A DNA stretch of 32,000 nucleotides, from NCBI GenBank assembly GCA_026016245.1, contig CP061211.1, positions 540,001-572,000 of the forward strand, written 5' to 3'. Under the pieces are notes generated by a model. That model searched no databases, was not told where the DNA came from, and saw nothing but the letters and a program-made list of their open reading frames with translations. Positions 27,076 to 32,000 of this stretch are shown here, one piece after another (within the stretch, counting starts at the first letter, position 1; each line of letters starts with the position of its first letter). A program made the position numbers and the translations under genes. Source of the DNA: Candidatus Pacearchaeota archaeon (GTDB lineage Archaea; Nanobdellota; Nanobdellia; Pacearchaeales; UBA284).

Positions 27076-27531
27076 TTACAGATTTTTTTCAACTTTTTTA
27101 ATTGCCAAAAATAAATCTATCTTAGTATCTTCATTATTTTTGAGAACATAATATTCCTCTTGCAAGCATGATGGGTAATACTTGACTTTCACTTTTTCTT
27201 TTTCAGCTTGACATAGAGCAAAGAGAAATTCATCACCAAGAGCAATATTATCATTTTTTAAAGTTATGTTAATATAGATCTCTTGTTCATTAAAGTACAT
27301 ACAATCTCTTATGGCATCTTCACTGAATTCATCAACAATACCATTTGGGGCAACACACTCCATTATATTTCTAGCTACTGTGCTTGCTTCAATATCACGC
27401 ATATCATACTGCTTGGAATAGTGGGCTGTCACAACTGCAACCACCCCCCCAACAACAATAACTAATATGAGGAATTTGTGAAGCCAGGTCACTGCATGTC
27501 CTGCCTGTGCTTTCTTATTTTTTATCTTCAT
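27076..27531 (-). CDS. Prepilin-like small membrane-anchored protein (cluster member 9)
   Basis: MKIKNKKAQAGHAVTWLHKFLILVIVVGGVVAVVTA. Confidence 0.75.
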   Translation of the reverse strand: MKIKNKKAQAGHAVTWLHKFLILVIVVGGVVAVVTAHYSKQYDMRDIEASTVARNIMECVAPNGIVDEFSEDAIRDCMYFNEQEIYINITLKNDNIALGDEFLFALCQAEKEKVKVKYYPSCLQEEYYVLKNNEDTKIDLFLAIKKVEKNL

Positions 27532-27548
27532 TTTTCTATTTTTTCATT

Positions 27549-27896
27549 TTATCTTATATTTATAATCGTGAAAGCATCTTTTCTTGAAAAATCCACATTA
27601 TCCTTAAGATAACAATCATAGAAATAGCCTCTATCAAATTCCCCCTCTTTGACCACAACACCATTACCCTCTTTTTCTATACTTACTCTAGTATCATGCT
27701 CTATTATAATTCTTGTTCCTGGCTCAGCTGTTGATATAAGGAGACAAGTTTCTTTTGCAAGAACCTGTTTTTTCATTGCTATTCCTGAAGCTTGATTACT
27801 GACCCATAAAGTGAGAATGATTATTATAGCTATGATGAAGATAAGAGTGAAGATAAATTCCCACCCAAGTTCAACACCTCTTTTATCTTTAAGCAT
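27549..27896 (-). CDS. Prepilin-like small membrane-anchored protein (cluster member 8)
   Basis: MLKDKRGVELGWEFIFTLIFIIAIIIILTLWV. Confidence 0.75.
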   Translation of the reverse strand: MLKDKRGVELGWEFIFTLIFIIAIIIILTLWVSNQASGIAMKKQVLAKETCLLISTAEPGTRIIIEHDTRVSIEKEGNGVVVKEGEFDRGYFYDCYLKDNVDFSRKDAFTIINIR

Positions 27897-27917
27897 TTTA
27901 TCGAAAAAGTATCAGGA

Positions 27918-28841
27918 TTATGGAATACTCTCTATATTATTGCATACTGCACCTATTTCAGAAGCTTTCATAGGTGCAAGAATAAGATGATAACAGCCTT
28001 CCCATTCTTCGTTACATTTTGAGGATACATATGAATTACCTATTATAGTTGATACTGCTTGTGTTCCTAATGCTGATCCAACAACAATAGCAACAACTAT
28101 TGGATGTTTAAATGCTGTGCTGGCTACTTTTCCAATTAATCTTCCAGTAGTCCAAGGTCCAGTTGTTACCATACTTACTGCTCCGAGCCCTGCTACTATT
28201 TTCAAATCATTTTTAAGAACTTCCCAATAACTTCTACCACGTATGCCCATATAAATAATTACATAATCTGAATCAGTTCTTATTTTTGGGGCCTCTATAC
28301 CTACAGCAAGATCTTTATCTGCCTGGTCTGTGAAATATTCATAATAGGTTATGTTGCTAAGAGGAATCTTAGTTTGTACAAGATAATTAAACATATCTAT
28401 TTCCTTTACTTTTTCTTTAACATTATCATCGAACTTTATAGTAGTACAGATAACACAAGCTGATTTGGGGTAACCTGCTCCTGGAACAGCATAACTTTGC
28501 CAGATACTTTCACTAAAAAAATCCATTTCTCCCTCACCTAACATCCACCAACAGTCATACATCTGGTTTGCTATCTCTCTTTTGATAAAGTTTTCATCTG
28601 TTGAGCTTATTTCTATATGCTGTGTTTTGCAATTTAATGGAATACCAGCAAGCTGTCCAGGTTGCAGGCCAGCTATCTCCTGACTTCTTAGAATTACAGA
28701 TTGATGACATGCCTCTTTATTGATTGTTTCCTCATAAGGAAAAATTTTCAGAAAATAAAAAAGTATTGCAGCAGTTATTATTAGAATCACAATACCTATA
28801 ATAATGTTCTGGACTAAAGCCCCTTTTTTGTTTTTCATCAT
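27918..28841 (-). CDS. Cys-containing protein with N-terminal KNKKG anchor and second C-terminal hydrophobic segment (cluster member 7)
   Basis: MMKNKKGALVQNIIIGIVILIITAAILFYFLKIF ... TAFKHPIVVAIVVGSALGTQAVS. Confidence 0.75.
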   Translation of the reverse strand: MMKNKKGALVQNIIIGIVILIITAAILFYFLKIFPYEETINKEACHQSVILRSQEIAGLQPGQLAGIPLNCKTQHIEISSTDENFIKREIANQMYDCWWMLGEGEMDFFSESIWQSYAVPGAGYPKSACVICTTIKFDDNVKEKVKEIDMFNYLVQTKIPLSNITYYEYFTDQADKDLAVGIEAPKIRTDSDYVIIYMGIRGRSYWEVLKNDLKIVAGLGAVSMVTTGPWTTGRLIGKVASTAFKHPIVVAIVVGSALGTQAVSTIIGNSYVSSKCNEEWEGCYHLILAPMKASEIGAVCNNIESIP

Positions 28842-28871
28842 CTTAATTTGTATTTTTATTTATATAAATTT

Positions 28872-29003
28872 TTATATTACCCCATATCTCTTCAACAGAT
28901 AAATTATCATACCTCCAATTATTGCAAAAAGTATTATTAAAAATAATATTTTGATTAGTGTTTCAACTGCCATGGCTTTCTTGTTTATTTTCTTTTTTAT
29001 CAT
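28872..29003 (-). CDS. 43-aa single-TM protein (cluster member 6), missing from the ORF track
   Basis: MIKKKINKKAMAVETLIKILFLIILFAIIGGMIIYLLKRYGVI; ATGA start/stop overlap with the transglycosylase gene. Confidence 0.75.
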   Translation of the reverse strand: MIKKKINKKAMAVETLIKILFLIILFAIIGGMIIYLLKRYGVI

Positions 29004-30079
29004 ATCAACTCCATTTTTGCCCTAATTTTTTCTGCATAAATACGTCCGGCAAATGTTGATGGGCATCCTGTAATTGTTAATGGTTCACAATTATTTCTTA
29101 CTCCGCCAGAGCCAGTATTATATGCAGCTATCCCTAACCATTGATTTTGAAATTCAGCTATTCTTTCAGCAAGGAATCTTGTACCAGCATCAATGTTTTT
29201 TATAGGATTAAATCTTTCATCTTCTTCTTTATTGCAATTTTCTGGATGTACTTTATTGCAAATTGATATTGAAGTTCTTTTTTCAGACATGCATGGAGAA
29301 AGCTGACTTATATCTTCTGTTCCATAGTCAGGCACAGAAAGACCGAGCAGCTTGGCTGTTTGTGGCATGATTTGCATTAGTCCCACTTCACCATCACAAC
29401 CTATTGCATCCTCAACAGATAGAGATTCCTGAATTATTATTGCTCTGATAATTTTTTCAAATTCCTCTTTGTTTGCAATATAATTACTAAGTTGATATTG
29501 GCTGTAGTATTTTTCTACTATGCTCGCCAACTCGCTATCCCACTCCTTTGTTTTCATCTTATTATAAGCAAAATTAACATCTACTTTTTCTTCCTCACTT
29601 AATTTTACCCCTACTACTGCAAGTTCTATCTTACTTACCTCATAATGATCTATTTGATGTGCAAGCCAGATATCCACAATTTCAATCTTTATGTTAGCAG
29701 GCTTTTCTTCTTGTTTTAAAGGCAGTTCAATCACACGACAGAGTTTGCTTTCACATTTTTTCTTACAAACACAAAGAACATTTTTTTGGAATAATGTTGT
29801 AGGTTTTTGGAAATTCTCATTAATATTGTGTTGCTCATCAAAAGCAACTACATACCAGCCTTTAGGAGCTAAAAGAGTGTATCTTGCTACTTCAGCTTCT
29901 TCAAGGCTGTTTAGTTCTTGTATTAAACTATCTAGTGTTCCTTGTGCCTGCATTTCATCCTGTTTACCAAAATATGTTCTGAAAAGGATAGTGCTAGCAT
30001 ATAGGAGAATAAGGATAACAGCAATTGCAACTATTATTTCAATTATTTGTTTAAGCAAAAGCAAACCTCTTTTGTTCAT
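29000..30079 (-). CDS. Membrane-anchored lytic transglycosylase (SLT/lysozyme-like fold) domain protein (cluster member 5)
   Basis: MNKRGLLLLKQIIEIIVAIAVILILLYAS anchor; C-terminal IIRAIIIQESLSVEDAIGCDGEVGLMQIMPQTAKLLG...NIDAGTRFLAERIAEFQNQWLGIAAYNTGSGGV. Start revised from 30094 because a TATA-like TTTTAAATA is about 26 nt upstream of the ATG at 30079. Confidence 0.88.
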   Translation of the reverse strand: MNKRGLLLLKQIIEIIVAIAVILILLYASTILFRTYFGKQDEMQAQGTLDSLIQELNSLEEAEVARYTLLAPKGWYVVAFDEQHNINENFQKPTTLFQKNVLCVCKKKCESKLCRVIELPLKQEEKPANIKIEIVDIWLAHQIDHYEVSKIELAVVGVKLSEEEKVDVNFAYNKMKTKEWDSELASIVEKYYSQYQLSNYIANKEEFEKIIRAIIIQESLSVEDAIGCDGEVGLMQIMPQTAKLLGLSVPDYGTEDISQLSPCMSEKRTSISICNKVHPENCNKEEDERFNPIKNIDAGTRFLAERIAEFQNQWLGIAAYNTGSGGVRNNCEPLTITGCPSTFAGRIYAEKIRAKMELI

Positions 30080-30125
30080 AAAAGAAACATACAAAGATAT
30101 TATTTAAAATTTCTTGTTATTATTA

Positions 30126-30305
30126 CTACTGAACTTGTGTTGCGTTCCAAAGACCGAGAGCATTTTTAAGTTTTGCCATCAAATCAGACATGAACTGCCT
30201 CATTGCTCCAGAGAAAATGAGGACAATAACAACAAGAACAATAATAGCAAGAATTATAATCACAATAGTATTGATTGAGAGTCCTACAGCCTTCTTGTTG
30301 CGCAT
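30126..30305 (-). CDS. 59-aa prepilin-like protein (cluster member 4), missing from the ORF track
   Basis: MRNKKAVGLSINTIVIIILAIIVLVVIVLIFSGAMRQFMSDLMAKLKNALGLWNATQVQ. Confidence 0.78.
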   Translation of the reverse strand: MRNKKAVGLSINTIVIIILAIIVLVVIVLIFSGAMRQFMSDLMAKLKNALGLWNATQVQ

Positions 30306-30310
30306 TTTGC

Positions 30311-30685
30311 TTACTTGCTTCTTATAGTTTCACACATGTCTGAAGTAAATCCTGCCCCTAGACATTCTTCCTCATCCAATGCTTTGATAAGATTGTTATC
30401 ACAGTAGACTGGTAGGGTTCCTATAACTTCTCCATCTGACATTTCTCTTATTGTAAATTCATGTGTGCAAAAACTGGTTTTGTCTCCAGCGCTGCAATAT
30501 AGAGTGCATGCATTCCTAGTCTGTTCTATGTCTGTTTGTGAATAGGCCCCAGGGATTGGTATGATCTTTTGCCAAAGTTGTTGTATTCCTCCAGTAAAGT
30601 AAAGTGCAAGAATAACTAGAACAAGAATTGCAAGAATTACTATAATTATTGTATTAACGTTTAACTCAACAGCTTTCTTATTCAT
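30311..30685 (-). CDS. Prepilin-like Cys-containing protein (cluster member 3)
   Basis: MNKKAVELNVNTIIIVILAILVLVILALYFTGGIQQLW; preceded by AGAGGT SD-like sequence. Confidence 0.78.
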   Translation of the reverse strand: MNKKAVELNVNTIIIVILAILVLVILALYFTGGIQQLWQKIIPIPGAYSQTDIEQTRNACTLYCSAGDKTSFCTHEFTIREMSDGEVIGTLPVYCDNNLIKALDEEECLGAGFTSDMCETIRSK

Positions 30686-30740
30686 TTTTTACCTCTTTTT
30701 ATTTTTTTATTAAGTATGACTTGTTTTTAAAATTTTCTTT

Positions 30741-31331
30741 TTATTCAGCACATCTCTCAAGCTGAATTATGGGTGGTTTTTCATAGCTTATCACAAAATA
30801 AAGCCCATCTTGTTTTTTGTAAAAGAAAGGACTTATAACATTAATTTCTTCACTCCACCATAAAGCACCTTTTTTTGACCCCTCTTGTTTAAACAATGGT
30901 GGCTCTTTACTGAAGTCAACAACTTTTTTTATTCTGTAAGGAACTTCTTGTTTTGTTTCGTAAAATATTGCAGAAATCTTCAGATCACTTAGAGTAGTGC
31001 TTTTATAATCCTTATTTCCGTGAGTTAGTGTGATTTCTACAGCGCGCCCAGGTAATTCAGTAAAAACAAGGTTTGAATTCTGAACAAAACTTGCTGGAAA
31101 ATTAGGCAGGCCGTCACATACGCAATCATTATTCTGCAAAGAAAGACATTTGTCTATATTGCTGATAAGGACATCAAAATTATCTTCATTCTGCTGTTGC
31201 TGTTCTATGTTAAGCTTCCCCCCTCTTATTGCCGCATAGAGAGGATTGAAAAAACCAAGAAGTATAAGCACGACAACAGCTATTACTATTACAGCGATTG
31301 AAGCTCTAATAATCTCCCATATTCCCATCAT
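30741..31331 (-). CDS. Membrane-anchored extracytoplasmic protein (cluster member 2)
   Basis: MMGIWEIIRASIAVIVIAVVVLILLGFFNPLYAA with Cys-containing soluble domain; lacks the KNKKA motif. Confidence 0.72.
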   Translation of the reverse strand: MMGIWEIIRASIAVIVIAVVVLILLGFFNPLYAAIRGGKLNIEQQQQNEDNFDVLISNIDKCLSLQNNDCVCDGLPNFPASFVQNSNLVFTELPGRAVEITLTHGNKDYKSTTLSDLKISAIFYETKQEVPYRIKKVVDFSKEPPLFKQEGSKKGALWWSEEINVISPFFYKKQDGLYFVISYEKPPIIQLERCAE

Positions 31332-31339
31332 TTTTATTT

Positions 31340-31495
31340 CTACCTACCAAATCTCAAAAAAGCTTTGAGTTCTTCTAAAATATTTACCCCTCGTTTTTGT
31401 AAAACAAATATAAAGATTATGACAAGAGCAAGAACAACTAGTCCAATAACCCACCAGTTTATCTCGCTCCAGACCAAACCTCTTTTGTTTTTCAT
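31340..31495 (-). CDS. 51-aa prepilin-like protein (cluster member 1), missing from the ORF track
   Basis: MKNKRGLVWSEINWWVIGLVVLALVIIFIFVLQKRGVNILEELKAFLRFGR; stop lies 9 nt before the next start. Confidence 0.78.
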   Translation of the reverse strand: MKNKRGLVWSEINWWVIGLVVLALVIIFIFVLQKRGVNILEELKAFLRFGR

Positions 31496-31550
31496 CTAAA
31501 CAAAAAGTTTTTTAACTTTAAAAATTTAATCTGAGTGAGGCTTGGGAAAG

Positions 31551-32000
31551 ATGAACAGGTTATTGGCTATTTTTTTATCTTTATCTACTGCTATTTCTCC
31601 AATTGCTCTAGCACAAGAATATCAGGGAATGAAGCTGGAACAAAGAATAAAGGATTTTAATGAGGTCATCAGAAGAAGGAATTTCTCAAATTATGATGTG
31701 CCTATAATTCATCTTCAAGTAGTTGATAAGGATTCTAAATGGCCTTTGGAAGATGCAAGAGTTGAATTAAAACATGAGGATAAGAGGATAACAGATGGTT
31801 ATCCTGTCCCTGGAGATTATATGTATTATAATCCTTATAGATCCAAAACTGATGAAGAAGGAAATGTTATTTTTAGCGTGACTCCATGTCATGAAGAGGA
31901 AATAACAAGATTAGAAGTAAAGTGCCAAGGTTATTATCCAATTGATGTAGATTTTCCCTTGCTTAATCTTTTAGCACATATTAATAACACTTTAAGTAAC
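31551..32000 (+). CDS. Secreted protein with Sec signal peptide and Ig-like/carboxypeptidase-regulatory-like domain, truncated by window end
   Basis: MNRLLAIFLSLSTAISPIALAQEYQGMKLEQRIKDF...PIIHLQVVDKDSKWPLEDARVELKHEDKRITDG..RSKTDEEGNVIFSVTP; open to window end, missing from the ORF track. Confidence 0.75.
   Translation, partial: MNRLLAIFLSLSTAISPIALAQEYQGMKLEQRIKDFNEVIRRRNFSNYDVPIIHLQVVDKDSKWPLEDARVELKHEDKRITDGYPVPGDYMYYNPYRSKTDEEGNVIFSVTPCHEEEITRLEVKCQGYYPIDVDFPLLNLLAHINNTLSN

Noticed and set aside
29000-30094. Use of the upstream ATG at 30094 for the transglycosylase
   Set aside because: The TATA-like element would be only ~11 nt upstream, and the N-terminus MNKRGLLLLKQ starting at 30079 matches the cluster motif
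25857-31495. Prophage or lysis cassette explanation for the transglycosylase cluster
   Set aside because: No capsid, terminase, portal, integrase or tail genes; nearly all members share a pilin-like N-terminus, which phage morphogenesis genes do not

Overview
AT-rich archaeal chromosomal window, probably DPANN and Woesearchaeota/Pacearchaeota-like (taxonomy is inference). Core genes recognised from protein sequence: class II ribonucleotide reductase (partial), dCMP deaminase, Hef-type helicase, HIT protein, glycyl-tRNA synthetase, stalk/ribosomal proteins P1, P0(L10), L1 and L40e, aIF5A, site-2 protease, FKBP isomerase, FtsZ, SecE, Spt5/NusG, type II/IV secretion ATPase, RadA and an RPA-like protein, plus two tRNA-Ala genes. 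The accessory signals of most interest are: (i) an ~5.6-kb minus-strand cluster (25857-31495) of 11 mostly small membrane-anchored proteins. Ten start with a shared K-N/D-K-K/R-A/G + hydrophobic helix (class III/prepilin-like) N-terminus. Three short members are missing from the ORF track. One member is a lytic-transglycosylase (SLT) domain protein, striking for an archaeon without murein; (ii) an exosortase/archaeosortase-like protein; (iii) a site-2-protease-like membrane protein lacking the catalytic residues; (iv) a Cas4/AddB-like nuclease overlapping radA tail-to-tail; (v) a P0 stalk protein lacking its C-terminal tail; (vi) a 17-aa all-basic micro-ORF; (vii) two tRNA-Ala genes both with U37. 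No CRISPR array, rRNA or mobile element was seen. All family calls come from reading motifs by eye; no searches were run.
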